Source: Selaginella moellendorffii (Eukaryota; Plantae; Lycopodiophyta). From it: a stretch of DNA of 64,000 nucleotides. Made by a program: the position numbers and the translations under genes. Positions within the stretch are counted from its first letter, which is position 1; every line of letters begins with the position of its first letter. Shown in pieces: positions 1-13,568 of the stretch. The DNA lies in contig NW_003314357.1 in the NCBI RefSeq assembly GCF_000143415.4, positions 455,795 to 519,794 on the forward strand. The letters are read 5' to 3'. The notes beneath the pieces are model-generated. The model ran no database searches. It had not been told where the DNA came from and worked only from the letters and a program-made list of their open reading frames with translations.

Positions 1-2163
1 TCTTGGATGTGTGAATCTCGAGAGGGGAAGTTGCAATAAAAAATTGACTCCATCCTTGAATTGAAACGGACCTGTCCATACGAGTTCATCCATGGAAATT
101 TGTTTCCAGACCAAGTTGTGAATGAGCAAGAGTGCCCCTTCGTCTTCAAAATGTCTACCATGGGCCCTGCCTCTGGCGTAGATCTTGTCTCCCAAATGGA
201 CATGTTTGGGTCCAGTAACCTTGCAAATGCATGGGTACATTTTGACCATATGGAGCATGTATCTGGTTGGACAACCATGGGAACTCATGTGTATGATCCA
301 AGGTAATTTTTATTCTCATTATATTGAAATTGTTATAATATTTATGTTTTCATAGGCTACGTTGTAACTTAACAATTGCGACAGCAAAGTTTAAAGTACA
401 AGACCAGACAGCACAGGAAATATTTTGGAAGTCCCTCTCTGATATTGTCCTAAAGCGGACTAGTAAGCCTGCAAACTTTCGTGGTTTCATGGCAGATGGG
501 GCTGGTGCAAACTGGAATGGTATCCGAGCAGTTTTTGGGAATGGTCAACCATTGGAAGGTCGTGAGAGGACTTGTGAGTTCCATTGGGCTCAAAGCCTAA
601 ACCAGCACTACCACCTTATCAAGCCAGAGTTTCAATCAATATTTAAGGAGTTGTGCAAACAATGGCAAGTTGCACCTTCTGAAGAAGAACATGAGGCAAA
701 AGCAAATGAGATCCGAATGTGGTGGCGTGAAGATGGCCATACAGACATCAGTTGCCTACCACAACTTGAGTCATAGTTAGGATGGTGGGAAGTTAGGATG
801 TTCCAATGGGGACATCACTCTTTTTAGGTTGGTTTATATTTTTTCTTCTCCTTTTATTACCTTTTAATATTGCTTTTTCCATTAGGATCAACCACTTGAG
901 GACCTCGCATACACCCCAACTATGAATCTTTCCGAAAGTAAGCATTAGAGTTGGTGTTCCTCTGAGGCAGGGAAAGGGAAGATAAGTCTATACGAAGCCT
1001 ATCTATCAAATTTGATACATGCTATAGAGCAATCTTCAAAAGCACTGGCATTTGAGGAAGGAAGATACATGGGAACAGGGCTTTCTGTTGAGATGTTACA
1101 TGATAGGATGAAGAGAAAATTAACTCCACCCACCCAAACAATAGCAACTGTAGTTGAGGAAGTGGTCTGTGGCACATCTATAGAGTACACTCCCCGAGTT
1201 TCTATTGGTGATATGAAAACTGTCCGCTCAAAGCGTCGTTTTTCCTTTGCTGGGGAAGATGTTGGTACGGACCTTGGAGCAAAAAGCTCTCACAGGCCTG
1301 ATATCGAGTACCATTCTGCTCCAAGACACCACTCTCAGACCAAGCCACCTCAAGTGGCTGATGAAGAGAGTGCATTGCAACAGGTTGAAATTACTTACCG
1401 TAGCATAGAGCCGAAGCAATGGGCAATCCGACATGTGCCAGCAAAATCAAATGTAAGGTGTGTGGGGATGCTTCCGAGGGGCAAGTGTTGGGCCTGGATT
1501 CATGGTGAAAAATCTGCTTCTGTTCCAGCCCCATGTTTCTATGGGGAACGAAAGCAAGCAGGATTTTCAAAATGGTGCTGGCTATATTGTTGCAACACCG
1601 ATGCCAACCATACGAAGTGGCTTGAAGACACTATAATGACTAAACCTGATGCAGTACCTAAAGAATGGCCGGTTGCTAATGGGGTCGCGCTCACCTCAGA
1701 TGAGATTGAAACCTTGAGAAATTTGGTTTTAATCTTGAGAGGAGAGTTGGAGACATGAGTGACAGGAGCAGGACTATTCCTATAGAGATGCACAGGAGGC
1801 CAGCACGAAAAGGTAAGGCAGTTAAATTTATTGGTACCGTCTCCAAGCAGAAGCAAGGTAAAATAAACTTGGCTCAAACACTTGAGTGTGAGATTCTCTC
1901 TATGAAGTACATCACTGCGCTTGCAAAGGAGTACACAGTCAAAACAGAAGGTGGAGAGTACACAATTGCCATTCACGACTTTCCTTCTTGCACATGTCCA
2001 GACTTTATGAAGCGCGAGGAACATGGGAAGGCATATGCTCCTTGCAAGCATATGTACTACATTTTCATCAACATCTTGCACCAGGATCCTAAAGTGAATA
2101 TTCATATACACTAAGCAAGCCTTACTATTGCTGAGTTGCAGAAAACTTTTGGAGCTAATTAGA
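1..2163 (+). pseudogene. Mutator-like (MULE) transposase gene with C-terminal SWIM zinc finger, decayed; 5' end outside window
   Basis: MADGAGANWNGIRAVF...CEFHWAQ (MULE D...CxxH motif, 489-776); SWIM finger CTCPDF-x-PCKHMYY (1755-2114); GT-AG introns at about 303-355 and 828-885; in-frame stops and a frameshift near 1750. Confidence 0.75.
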
Positions 2164-2253
2164 TTTCTCTAACACTATCGATATTTATTCTCTATCAATA
2201 AAACTTATTATACTTTATATAATTAATAAAAATATGCTTATTCATTTCACTTT

Positions 2254-2706
2254 TCATTTTATATGCTTCTGAGTGTTCTTCTCGCAATACTGCCCATAGT
2301 ACTCGTGTGTCTCCATTTCTGTCTTTACCATCTCAAAAAAGATTTCATGGTAGTCTTTTGGGTGCGTGATGTTGCAGTGTGTCACAAGATCATATATACC
2401 ATCATACTGATCATTGCCATTGTTTCCACAAGATGCTAGAAAACATATAGGGCACTTCTTGAAAGTGGCAGAATTGCACTTTTCTAAAACTAGTAAGAGG
2501 GCATTCTTTTTCACCCAATTTGTTATACCCTCTATCATTGCATTTATTTCTAACTCATGATCACTATCCTCACTATCCTCTCTTTCATTCTCTTGTGTGA
2601 TTTGGTTATGCTGTGCAATGGGATAGTTATTGCATCTCCTAGCCCTTGAACCCTGGGAAGAAAGATTGTGAGAATTAAAATTACCAACACTAGAACCCAT
2701 AGACAT
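2254..2706 (-). CDS. Small protein with an acidic stretch and a CxxC...H...H zinc finger (zf-XS-like); possible MULE accessory ORF
   Basis: Intact 150-aa ATG ORF; CPIC-x-YDGIYDLVTHC-x-H-x-YH pattern; convergent with the transposase. Confidence 0.45.
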   Translation of the reverse strand: MSMGSSVGNFNSHNLSSQGSRARRCNNYPIAQHNQITQENEREDSEDSDHELEINAMIEGITNWVKKNALLLVLEKCNSATFKKCPICFLASCGNNGNDQYDGIYDLVTHCNITHPKDYHEIFFEMVKTEMETHEYYGQYCEKNTQKHIK

Positions 2707-3369
2707 TTGTGGGTGTATTTCCTTTTTTTCGAATGAAAGTGTGAATGAAGATTTATAAATTCTAGACAGTATGCTACGACAAACCCCTCAAGAATGTATT
2801 CTACAAAGAACCCAGTCTTTCTTTTATATGCAATAAGCTTACATCAATGGTTATTTTTTTTCCTTTCAAACGGTTATATGGCTTTACATAGAATCTTATT
2901 TCAAATTTAATAATTTTTTAATTCTGACAAACCTAACATTTACTAGCCAGAAAGCATAGAGTACAAATTTAAAGAAGTGACAAGAATACTCTTTTTGCAA
3001 ACATTTTATTTTATGTTCTAACAAATGTCCCTATCATTGCATGTAGTAAATATTTAAATTATTAGAACAAAAAGTGTTCTTTAGAACATTTTTATCTATA
3101 TAATATATAGAGAGTTATTAAATTATTAGGTTCGCCATAACCTTAAAATTTTAAAATTTATAATGTTTGTACTAAATTACAATTGAAAATTGAGCTTAAC
3201 TCGTGAGCTCAAGTATGGTCTGTGCCCCAGGAGAATGGCAGCTACAACACTCCAAAGTTGCTAGAGCTTAAATGGGACCTTGAGGTGGCTCTAGTGTCAT
3301 GCCAAGATGAAAATAACATGATTAACTTTTGTGAATCATTTTAATGGCAAAGAGCTTATATGGCATGAT

Positions 3370-3800
3370 AGTTCATGGGAGAATGAAGTAGAGGCACTCC
3401 ACTTCTCTCTAAAAGTGACAATCTTCTAAGGGCCATGAAAGCTTTTGTTTCAGATGGTGATATTGAAGGCGGATGCACAGGAGTTGGAATCATAGCACCT
3501 TACAGTGCTCAGGTACTAAATAGATTTTAGATTGGAAACCTTTGGACATGAAAATGAGTGACACCAGGTCAAACTTCTGCAAGACCTCTTTTGTACGGAG
3601 TTGGAAATAAAATCCGTGGATGAGTTTCAAGGTAGACAGTCCTCAAAATTTGGCTTACACTCTTGTTTCTCTAGGTCATTGTCATATGCACTGTCCATTC
3701 CAACGATCATGGTGCCTTGGGATTTGTTGCAAATCCTTGACAGATGAACGTTGCTATAACACAAGCAAGGCGAGGGCTTATCGGTAGGCAATACATCGAT
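3370..3800 (+). pseudogene. SF1 helicase (UPF1/SEN1/DNA2-NAM7 family, AAA_12 domain) C-terminal exons, disrupted
   Basis: Exons translate to SWENEVEA, VGIIAPYSAQV (~3483-3515), LEIKSVDEFQG (3601-3633) and VICTVHSN...LGFVANP*QMNVAITQARRGLI, separated by short GT-AG introns; internal stop. Confidence 0.75.
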
Positions 3801-4318
3801 ACTAGAGTCGATCTGTCACTGAAATCTATGGCTCAAGGAGATAAGGAATCAAGGAATGTTTTCTCCGCTCTCTCGTTGAGGTATACGTTACGCTTAGCAA
3901 CTTCCAAATGTCGAAGTTTTTATCACATTGCTTGCTTGCTTGTTGATTCTAACAGAAAAAAAATGATTGAAAGAATGAGTGAAAGAGTGGCATTAGTCAG
4001 TCATAGAAATCTCAAAAGTCCCAAAGGCTGTCCTCTGTTAATTCGTGCCTGCCCATTCCCTTGTCAGTCTCAGTCCAGAAGTGTAGTGCAAATATTGAGA
4101 TTGCTGCTGTCAGTCAAACTCTAAATTGTGTCTGATGCTGCACCAGCAGTGACGTTCCTTACAAAGCTTTGGAAATATCTGTGTAGCTGTGGGAAGAGGC
4201 TCTGGAAATGCTTAATTAGAAACTTGAGGAGATTAGAACCTTGCAGGGGCTTAGGAAAACTTCCTGGCAGAGAGTAGAGTTTTAAACCTTTTGGATGACA
4301 AAAACAAAGTACCTTGAG

Positions 4319-4613
4319 TGTTAGGATCCTATCCCTTACACCCTAAACCAACTGGCTAAAGGGGTGATCACTTGATTGTAGAGCCTTTTCCTTATCCTAT
4401 TATCAGAGATCTAGTCACCCTAGACTATGCTATGCCACCTCTTGAGTTTCCTCACCACCCAACCACCCCCGAGCTACCTCAAAAGCTCCACTGCGCCGCC
4501 GCTCCACTGTGAGCCCTAGGGTAGGTTAAGTCCCTTACCCTAACATGCCTTAATATACCCTTGAGCCTCCCTTTGACCGACGTTGACCACGTAGTCAAAG
4601 CTGGCACCTAACA
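4319..4613 (-). repeat. 3' LTR (295 bp) of the gypsy element
   Basis: tgttaggatcc...ggcacctaaca, adjacent to PPT. Confidence 0.9.
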
Positions 4614-7600
4614 ATTCTTCCCCCCCAACAAAGTCCTTGTCCCAAGGACGAGTTGTACCGGTGATCACCCTTTCTGGGGAACCCTGCTTAAGCTCCTGGT
4701 CCATCTTCCACAGCCATATACATCAAGGAGGCATTGGGCCCGTCACTCCGAGATAGTACACCTTTCAACTGGCTGACATAAAATACTGGATGAATTTTCA
4801 CCCCAGCTGGCAGCCGCACCCGATAAGCCTCTTTACCAATGCGCTCCAGCACTTCATATGGACCAGCATATCGATGGGAAAGTTTATCACTCTTCCCTGT
4901 CCGTAAAGGCACCAAGGTGTTCTGCCGCTCACTTGACGGAAAGATCACTCGTACAAAGACGAGATCACCCACCTTATATTCCCAGAATTGGCGATGCTCA
5001 TTGGCAAACTTCTCCGCTCTATCTTGAGCTGCTTGCAAATTCCGTTTGCACACCACCAAAATCTCATCAAGTTCTGTGGCCAAATCAGTCGCCTCGGAAT
5101 CAAGCTTATCTTGAACGTCCTTGCTCAAATGCAATCCCAACTCCACCGCTGTTCGAGGATGCCTTCCAAACATGGCAAAATAAAGACTTAGATTGGTTCC
5201 ACTGTGTTGGCTATTGTTGTAAGCAAATTGCACCAACGGAAGATATAAATCCCACTGTCCTTGCCTTTAACCAATGCTACAACGTAGCATATCCTCCACC
5301 ACCTGATTCACATGCTCAGTTTGCCCATCCATCTGAGGATGATCTCCACTCGAGAGTTTCAAAGTCACTTGCATAGCCTTTGCAAAGCTTTTCCAAAATC
5401 CACTGGTGAACTTTGAATCTCAATCACGAATGATGTCCTCCAGCAAACCAAAGTCACGAAAAACCTTCTCCAAGTAAACCGCAGCCAAGTCTGAGGTAGT
5501 GACAGTCTTCCAAAGAGCTAACAACCGCACATACTTTGTCAACCGATCCACTATGACCCATACTTGTTCCTTTTGCCTCTGTGTTCGTGGCAAACAAGTG
5601 ATGAAGTCCATAGAGATACTACACCAATGGCTCTGAGGAATAGGTAAAGGTTGCAAAAGTCCCCCCAGCTTCTCCTGTGGTACCTTAACCCGCTGACAAA
5701 GCTCGCATGATTTACAATACTTGAGGATATCAGCCTTCATATTCCTCCAATAAAAGTTGCGCTTAATCAACTCATACATCTTCTTCCCCCCAAAATGACC
5801 GGCCTCTAGACGATCATGATAGTGGAATAAAACTTGAGTAATTAACGCATCCACTCGTGGCAAATATACACGGCCATTGTAGTAGAGAATCCCACCCACC
5901 AATGAGAAAGGGGCTTCCATCTGGTCTCGCAAAGAGGCCACCTCAGCATCCTGAGCCTGAGCATGCTTAACCAACTGCCCAAACTTGCTGACCACCTTAC
6001 TCAAATGATGACAAAATCGTGTTCGTAACGTTGTCACATGACGAATATGAGATAAAGCATCTGCCACCACATTTGATTTTCCCGGACGATGCTCAATAGG
6101 AAACTCCCCAAACTCCATGAGTTTGACCATCTAACGAGCTTGCTTAGTGTTCAACTCCTTCTGTGTGAAAAGATACACAAGTGGTTTGTGATCTGTCAAC
6201 ACCACAAACACTGTACCATAAAGATAGTGCCGCCACGTCCGCAAAGCATGAACAATAGAGAGTAACTCTTGCTCATATGTGGAATAGCGTTGCTCTGCAG
6301 AATTCAAAGTTTGACTCTCATATGCAATATGCTGTCCCTCTTGCATGAGAACTCCTCCCAGTGCATAACCACTCGCATCGCATGTCACCTCGTAAGGTTT
6401 TGATGGATCAGCAATGCGAAGCACTAGAGTCTCACTCAACAATCGCTTCAGTGCCACAAAACTCTCCTCTTGTGGCTTCTTTCACTCGAATGGCACATTC
6501 TTGCGTAACAACTGTGTCAAAGGAATAGCCACCTCTGCAAACTTATGCTGGAAACGTTGGTAGTAACTAGCCATACCAAGAAAACTGCGCAACTTAGCCA
6601 CTGTAATCGGTGTAGACCAGTTTTCCACCATAGCCACCTTCCTTGGATCTGTCTTGACACCCTGAGATGTCATAATATGGCCTAGATATTCCACCTCCGA
6701 CTTTGCAAATTCACATTTGCTCTTCTTTGCATAAAGTTTGCTGTCTCGAAGTAACAAAAGAACCTTGCGCAAATGCACCCTATGCTCCTCCATATTCTTG
6801 CTAAAAACAAGAATATCGTCCAAGAAAATCTCCACAAACTCGTGAAGATAATGCCTAAATACCTCCATCATCAACCGAGTAAATGTGGCTGGTGCATTCG
6901 TCAAACCAAACGGCATAACTGTAAACTCAAAATGTCCGAAGCTTGTGTTGAATGCCGTCTTGGAGATAGATGCATCATCCATTGCAATATGATGATATCC
7001 ACTCCTCAGATCAATCTTGGTAAACACTCATGCTTCACCAAGCTTGTCCAGGATATCATCCACACGTGGCATCGGCATCTTATCCTTCACTATCTTCTTG
7101 TTCAAAGAGCGATAGTCAATACACATTCGCATTGAACTGTCCTTCTTCTTCACAAGCAAGACAGGAGCACCAAATGGAAACTTATTTGGCTGAATAAATC
7201 CAAACTCAAATAACTCCTTGACTTGTAGTTGAACTTCTTGCTCCTCCGCATAACTTAACCGAAATGGACGCCGGTAAATTGGTCGCGTCCCCGGCTCCAA
7301 TGTAATCCCATGCTCCACACCTCGTAACGGAGGCAATCCATGAGGAAGTTCAAATGGAAAAACATCAGAAAACTCATCCAGTATATCCCGTACTACTGCT
7401 TCTCCCCCACACGTGCCTTGGTCCCCCAAGTCACGAACAAACAGCAAGTAACTCGAAAGTGCTTTTCCATTACGACAAGCCCGCTTCAAAGATGTAGCAG
7501 AGAGCATAACAACTGGGGGTTGAACGCCCTTGCCAAACCACACATCTTTAACTCCACCATACTCCAGCGAGATACGCTTAATACTCCACTTTATCTCTGG

Positions 7601-9051
7601 AAACCATGGCATCCCAAGGATGAGATCCACACGATGGATATCCGCGAGATAAAAAGTCTCCAAAGTGTGGTTTTGCTAACCAACACTTCCAGCCCCTCGA
7701 CACAAGCATCGAAATGCTGAGTAGAGGTAGCTGCACCTTCCACTGTGTATGGAAGAACTCCGCGTGTGTTCAAGCCATGCTCCGCAACAAATTTTGCCGA
7801 AACAAAGTTGTCATCGCTCCCACTATCCAGTAAAATCCGCACTGGATCGCCACGGAACACGCCCTCCAGCATTAAAGCTGATTCACGCGTATCCTCGAGC
7901 TCCATCTTGTTCCACACATAGTTGAGTTGACGAGCAACGATCGAAAGTCGCTTCCTCCGACCAGAATGGTCGTTCTCCTCATCCTCACGCTACAAAGTTT
8001 GCAACTTTTTAGTATCTGACTTACCGTGAGAAGAAGATTGGCCATTCTTCTTGTCCTGCTGCTTGTTCTGCAACTGCGGACAATCAGCCTTGTAGTGTCC
8101 AAGTTCGCTGCAATGATGACAACCCTGTCTATAATTCTTCACAAAGAACTTCTGCTTCTTGGACCCCTTTGCATCTGAAGTAGTCACCACTGACTTCAAC
8201 TTGTGATGCTTGTTCCCATCCTTGTGTCCACGGCGATCATCACGACGATTCTTGACAGAAGAACTCCACGAACGCTTGCAAGACTTGTGCTTGTCATTGT
8301 TAAGTCGATGAGCTGCATCAAAGAGCTCCTCCAAACTCTTTGTAAGCTGAGAATGACGCAAGTGTTGCCGCATGCTCTCACTATGTAGGCCATCAATGAA
8401 GTAGGACTTGTTCTAATCTGGATCCTTCATTGGAACACGACTAATCAAGCGAGTAAGCTTCTCAATATAGTCCCCGAGCGTCATTTTCCCTTGCTGGAAA
8501 TGTCGAAGTTCCGTATGAGCATTCTCCACATCGTAATGAGGGGCAAAACATAAACGGAAAGCAGCCTCAAATTCATCCATGGTAGACACTAGTGGTTTCT
8601 TATCCGCAACACGGGACTCCTCAAGCCAATTCCACCATCGAAGACCCGCATCACGCAAAACCATCGGAATAGCCACTAAAGCCTATGCATCTGGAGTTCC
8701 TCTAGCAGCCAAGAACTTCTTCACATTGGCTAGCCAAGCGAGACACTCATCCACACCACCATCACCAGAAAAAGTTGGAATCTTGAGTCAATCTACCAAA
8801 GAAGGCTTACTTGGAGCGCTACCTTGTCCAGCCTCGAGTGCCTCAACACGCCCACGCATGGTATCTATCATGCCATACATCTCGTCTTGCATCTCTTGCT
8901 GATTTTTATTAAGGGCTCACAGCTCATGAACCACATCTTGAATAGTCCAATTCTCCACAGCTTCGTCGGCACCATTGTCAGCACCACCATCGATAATAGG
9001 ATTCCAACGTTCAGCTTGGTCGGCCATCGCAACCAACTCCTTTGATACCAA

Positions 9052-9155
9052 TGTTAGGATCCTATCCCTTACACCCTAAACCAATTGGCTAAAGGGGTGA
9101 TCACTTGATTGTAGAGCCCTTTCCTTATCCTATTATCCTGACCTGGTGCCTAACA
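9052..9155 (-). repeat. 5' LTR (104 bp, internally deleted) of the gypsy element
   Basis: Matches 4319-4404, then jumps to the terminal ctgg(t/c)(g/a)cctaaca; adjacent to PBS and TSD. Confidence 0.9.
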
Positions 9156-9159
9156 TTGA

Positions 9160-10300
9160 GTGCATTGCATAAAGTCCCATCTCAGCTCCTCAAAACAGGA
9201 GGACATTGTGTGCATCATCATTTCCCAGTCACAACTTTCAGGCTAGAAATGCTGTCGAAAGCTGCAACGCCCAGGGCGCATTTGGAATTCAAGGAACTTC
9301 TAGTGGTCGCTGACGTGAAAACCGTAGATCCTGTCCTGGATGTCATTCACGCTGGGCGTACTTGGAGAATGCAGATACGGGATTCTGGGAAATCACCAAA
9401 GATGATGAATTTGGAGACTGCTGGCAGCCGAAGGCCTGCAACATCCCGAAGGTTTGCGACTTTCTGGTTGCCTTCTTCTTTGGGATGCAAAGAATGCTGC
9501 CGTCAGCTACCCCTGTAAGTTTTGTGATAATGGCTTAGTTTCTTATTTTTGCTTTCAGGTTCTTCTGTTATCAGAAAAGTGCTAGAGAGTGGAGAGGAGC
9601 AGGAAAAATGGGCATTATTGAAAACGTACTCCTTTCTCGTTGAAGACGAGTACCGGAGGTGGGCTCTAAACGTTTGGACAGTCATCTCATATCCTTGGAC
9701 TTTTATTGCAGCGAATTGGCGAAACACAACTCTGATCAGGATCGGAGACTCCGGCAGTTCAAAATGGAGTTTAACCCTAAACCAAAAGACTCGCACTCAG
9801 CACTAAAAGAGTCATTTTGTGGTTTCATAGACAGTGACTCCATTCTCAGTGTAGGCAGGGTCGTCGATTACAATTCTACAATCTCTTTCTTCGCTCTCTG
9901 GATCATCTGGAGCTCCGATAGTAAGTTTGTCATTTGACTTGGCTCTTGATGAATTTTTTTTCTTTTTATTACAGTTCCTTTTAAAACCGGGGTTGGGCAC
10001 CTCTAAACGTAATCTTGCATTTCTCTTTTTCTGTGTTAATGAGGTATTTTTGACAGCCGGCAAATTACGATCTGGCAACTTCAACGGATAATCCAACCTT
10101 TGTTCTCCAATACTTGTCCGTAGTTCTAGGCACTTTGCCATTGCCGTCACATAGTTACTGGAATGGAGGTTGCGTGTTTTTGAGCGTTGGCTGGTAAGTG
10201 AAAAGTGTGTTTGATAAAGGTACCTGTCTCATATATCTCATTCAGGCACGACACCTTGGAGTTCTAAGAGGCGTTGCAAACAGCCATGAACAGAGGGCTT
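9160..10300 (+). other. Intron-containing gene fragment of unknown product, possibly interrupted by the gypsy insertion
   Basis: Several short GT...AG introns with T-rich tracts (about 9515-9558, 9659-9711, 9921-9974, 10009-10056); no recognisable domain. Confidence 0.35.
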
Positions 10301-10579
10301 GGCTTTCTCACATTGAGGATTTCAAAAGAAGACTGGACCTTAATGTTGTCACAGCTGGGTAGAGTTGCTAGCAATAAAGGCACTGTGCCAAGTACTTCCT
10401 CATAACTGGCAGGTCCTTGCCTCTTTTGGCTGGTTAATCATCGAATTTGACTCTGCCGTTTGGTTATATTCCATAACCGGCCAAGCAGTCAAGTAACAAA
10501 TGCCCAAGATATGGAAGTCTCTTGTACTATACCTTTTGAGGAGAAACTCAAGTGAGCGTCCAGCCCTGGTTCCTGTTTT

Positions 10580-11320
10580 CCTGCTAGTTTAAAACAACCG
10601 GATGCTCACTGAGGTTGGCTCCTGCATGAGGTGTATTGGTGTTTGCCAACTGCTGAAGTTCCTGCCGTATGTCGACATCCCGAGTTCCTGTATGGTATCC
10701 AGGAACATTGTCTCCTCCTTGTCTTTCAAAAAGTCATAAACTTCAGCTTCCTTAGGTGCTGGTGGAGGGTCTATACTCCGTGCAGAGGTACTGACCATAC
10801 AGCATCTCATACCCTCCATCTTCCGCCATATCCAGAATGATGAAGTTCAATAGGAAGGTACAACCTGCTATGATCACCAGTATCAGACGTCTGATTCCCC
10901 TGGGTTTGACTCGGTTCTGATCCGTCATGCAAACCATGAAGGGTGCTGCTTCTAATCCTCGGAACTAGATGTTTGAAGAGGTTCGTTGTCATGATGCAAA
11001 CACTTGATCCTCCATCCAAGATCACGATCCATACATTGGTGTTCCTGATGCGTGATGGCTGCTACTTCATCCACGAAGTCAACGGCCGTGGTAATCAGCA
11101 CTCCAACATTTGGTAGTGGATCACATCTCCATTCCATCTTCACATATGTGAGACAGTTCCTTCCTTGTCTTTGCACATGTCTCTTTGTTTTCACAGGTTC
11201 ACACAAGTCTCCATGATCTACAACTATGCCACCCCTCCAGATGTGGACAGCACCCATTTGATGTCTTCCTGTCTTTGTTCACTCTGATGGGGGAAGAATT
11301 TGCACCTTGTCCTTTGATAA
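10580..11320 (-). mobile_element. Decayed retrotransposon gag/aspartic-protease fragment
   Basis: ILDGGSSVCIMT retropepsin-like motif near 11000-11025, followed by frameshifted remnants. Confidence 0.55.
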
Positions 11321-13568
11321 TTGGGGGTGGTTTAAACTTGACTTGAGTTCAACTCAGTATAAGTCAAATCAAGTCAACATAGTCAACTAAAAGTTTTACA
11401 AAGGAAATTTAAATTGAAGAATGATGAACTTTGAAATATTGAAATATGTAAATACATGAGTTAAAAGTTTCTACTACATTAAGTTGTCTAAAAAAGATAA
11501 AGTTTGTAAGAACTTATCTTTTCTAAAGCTATATTGACTTTTACAATTGTTATATTTTGATTTGACTACTTCATATTTTAACTACTTTTACATATATCAT
11601 ATATCTACATGCTATTTGTTTATTCAAAAGACTTTTTTAGGGTTCTTGAAAAGATGGGAAGCAAAGAAAACAGTAGATCTATAAGTAAGAATTATAATGC
11701 AAAGGAATTCTATATTACACTTTTGGTCCTTATTACCTATTTGAGAATGTAGAGACCATTGTCATTATTGATAGAAATGCTCATATTACTTCCAAAACAA
11801 TAATCCAGAGTAAGAGAAATAAATAAATGAACAACACAATGGAAAACACTAAAAAATCTACTTTATAAAACAGTCTATGATATTTATAATCTATATATTA
11901 ATTCATATAAATTTGTTGATATTATATTTGTCACCTGCTTATATTACAATCCTCCCATATGAGAAGACCAAGGAATATTTTTGTGGTGAATCCCCAATAA
12001 GAGTTTTCAAGAGTATTTTGTGAATAATAATAAAAGAAATTAAAATCTTTTGAAAGACCCAAAAGTAATATCACATCAAAAAATCAACTTTATCTATATT
12101 TCCAAGATTGAAAAGAAATCTCATATAAGAGAATGGTAGTGTGTTAGCATAACTTACCACTATAATATGGTCTATATTTCCCTGTAATCTATTTCCCTAG
12201 AAAATTGGTATATGTATAAAAGAATATACGCATAGTGAAGTAAGTTTTTATCAAAATGATAAAGCATGTGTATACACGATAATCTAGAATTCTAAAAAGT
12301 TTTATATTTATAAGTAAGCTATGATTATGAAGCTCTATTTCTGAGACTAACATTTTAAGAATCTAAGTATTGTCAGTGTCATAATAAATAAACCTCATTC
12401 CCAAAACTAAAGCTTAGTATATAAATTACCTAGAAAAGTTATAATTATCATAGGTTTTTTTGTTCTCCTTGAGCTCTTTAGAAGTTTATATAGAAATGGC
12501 TCAAAAAGAAGTCATTACTACTTGTATTTGGCCCCTTAGCATTTCATATCAATCTCCACCTTCATCCTCAAGTTCTATTAACATTCCACTTTCATCTCCA
12601 TATAACAATCCTCTTTTGCTAGGGGCTCTAATGAAGCTAAATTAGAGCTCCTTATATATAAAATTTTGGATCTTACTACTAGAGAGAGTACCTCTAGCAC
12701 TTCAAGAGCAATGCCACATAGTTTTGTAAGATCTTGTTCCTAATATGGTAAGACTACTTGAAAGCACAGAATGCTATTATATTTGGTGTCAAATATGCTA
12801 CTTTCTTTTAGAAAAAACAAATGGCTCTATAGGTCTATAAATATTACTTGAGCATTATAGTAATTGCCCAATTGTGAGTTTGGAAAATATGCATATGTGG
12901 ATGTACAATAAATTTAAAAACGAATTATGGACACATACCCACTATTGCTTCATGACGAGGAACAATATCCCTTTGGGAAACACTATATTAGCTAGTGTAA
13001 AATATAAGGTTTTTAGGCCACCCTACAGTAGAATGTAATATCTAAGATTGTTTTACTATATTATAGTATTGTTTCTTTTAAAAGAAAAAAAAATATTGAA
13101 ATGATATTAGTTATAAGTAATATATCTTTTTCTAAATGGTGCTATCATATCACATATAATTGTTTACAAGATGTTGAAGGAGATGGCAACACACCAAGTG
13201 CTATAGAATGATGGTGGCAAGTGAGAATAACAATCTACAATTATGATATCTGACACTGGCACTATCACTAACATTTAACATTGTCATTGACATTTGATAT
13301 ATAATAGACTTTTTATTTTATATAAGGATGCATTTAGCTTTCTTCTACTTCATCATCAATATATTGATTCCTTCTATGCCTTCTATATTGGTATTGTGGG
13401 GAAGGTCTACCTTGCATTTGTTAAGCCATACCTTTTGCATACTTTGGGAGACTTTCGAAACCTCTAATTCTAGAAACTCCAAGTGACTATCATCTATAAA
13501 ATAGAACTAAACATATATTGAAATCTTAATAAACATAATTTACATCCTTGAGGTTGGAAATAGCTCAC

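Larger units (their letters stand above)
4319..9155 (-). mobile_element. Complete Ty3/gypsy LTR retrotransposon (gag-PR-RT-RH-IN), inactivated by stops
   Basis: TG...CA termini; TSD TTGAG (4314-4318 and 9156-9160); iMet-type PBS TGGTATCAAAG (minus strand, 9040-9050); PPT at ~4614-4630; zinc knuckle CHHCSELGHYKADC, PR LLDSGS, RT KIDLRSGY/FLDD, RH CDASG/TDH, IN zinc finger and SMDFI. Confidence 0.97.

Noticed and set aside
9503-10150. Minus-strand ORFs of 97 and 112 aa
   Set aside because: Splice signals indicate the coding strand is +; no recognisable motifs
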